Made by a program: the position numbers and the translations under genes. Positions 63,519-64,000 of a DNA stretch of 64,000 nucleotides are shown here, one piece after another; within the stretch, counting starts at the first letter, position 1, and the number at the start of each line of letters is the position of its first letter. Source of the DNA: a virus (taxonomy: Duplodnaviria > Heunggongvirae > Uroviricota > Caudoviricetes). The DNA lies in the IMG/VR virus record IMGVR_UViG_3300038443_000660, positions 2,082 through 66,081 of that record. One strand, 5' to 3'. The notes beneath the pieces are model-generated. The model made no database searches. It worked only from the letters and a program-made list of their open reading frames with translations, and was not told where the DNA came from.

Positions 63519-64000
63519 TTACACTACAAGTTTGGTTGAAATAAAACCATCATCTTTGACAACAGTCTGTATGAATTCCGGCTTAACCGAAGTGTTGCTT
63601 GTATCATACTTGACCGCAGTAAGACAACCACCAAAGACACATGCGGTGTCAATATTAATAGTATTTTTTGTGATTCCGATATTCTTTGATGGAGTATGAC
63701 CATGCGTCACATGATAACCATATGCGTAATCACCATCATATCCATTCATCTTTCTTTCCCACATTAAAGAAAATGGATTTGCATCCTCTACCTTGAGATA
63801 GGGAAAAATTCCAGCATGAACAAACAGATAGTGGTCGTACTGATAGAAGTACCTCAAAGAATTATAGAAACGAACATGCTCTTTTGGTAAAACGAAATCA
63901 TCGATATATGGTTCAAAACCGTATGATTCAACGGTTTGTACTCCACCATTATACAACCAATTGGTCTTATCATTCAGAAGCATATCTTCATGATTACCCA
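63519..64000 (-). CDS. Ser/Thr protein phosphatase (PPP metallophosphoesterase), starts beyond right edge
   Basis: GNHEDM at window edge; FVHAGI; HGHTP; INIDTACVFGG.LTA. Confidence 0.88.
   Translation of the reverse strand, partial: GNHEDMLLNDKTNWLYNGGVQTVESYGFEPYIDDFVLPKEHVRFYNSLRYFYQYDHYLFVHAGIFPYLKVEDANPFSLMWERKMNGYDGDYAYGYHVTHGHTPSKNIGITKNTINIDTACVFGGCLTAVKYDTSNTSVKPEFIQTVVKDDGFISTKLVV

Noticed and set aside
1-64000. CRISPR array or mini-array
   Set aside because: No run of identical 23-47 bp repeats with unique spacers seen; the 6.6-7.1 kb repeats are inverted and irregularly spaced
1-64000. Stop-codon reassignment
   Set aside because: Conserved genes are full length and end at TAA, TAG or TGA; no suppressor tRNA found

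Overview
A 64 kb AT-rich segment of a large T4-like myovirus genome. The host is most likely an alphaproteobacterium, probably rhizobial, inferred from a tRNA-His lacking G-1 and carrying A73, RcGTA-type head-spike genes, and BTLCP and RlpA homologues. 1-14.5 kb is T4-type morphogenesis under TATAAATA-type late promoters: gp5, gp27-like hub, gp53, gp48, gp4, gp54, gp26, gp51, gp29-like, gp2 and terminase gp17. The terL gene is fractured: an atypically split intein flanks a free-standing Vsr-like homing endonuclease. A 720-bp ORF-free gap at 6.4-7.1 kb holds four hairpins built from tandem sheared G-A pairs, a candidate origin or ssDNA signal. 14.5-64 kb is mostly minus-strand early and middle accessory DNA: exonuclease, PhoH, SleB, DUF550, RNase H, DarG-like macrodomain, NAD salvage (Nampt plus NadM-Nudix), four tRNAs (three structurally unusual), a stand-alone SerRS-like core coupled to a MazG-like gene, an RlmN-like radical SAM, an RNA-repair set, DNA ligase, two GIY-YIG endonucleases and many small ORFs. 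The most novel-looking items are (i) a three-gene cassette that appears to encode a catalytically dead terminase-ATPase mimic between two portal-clip-like mini-proteins, (ii) two late-promoter head-spike cassettes, one carrying an SGNH esterase, (iii) a long-variable-arm tRNA with a Gln anticodon, and (iv) the G-A hairpin array. All family assignments come from motif recognition by eye; no database search was run.
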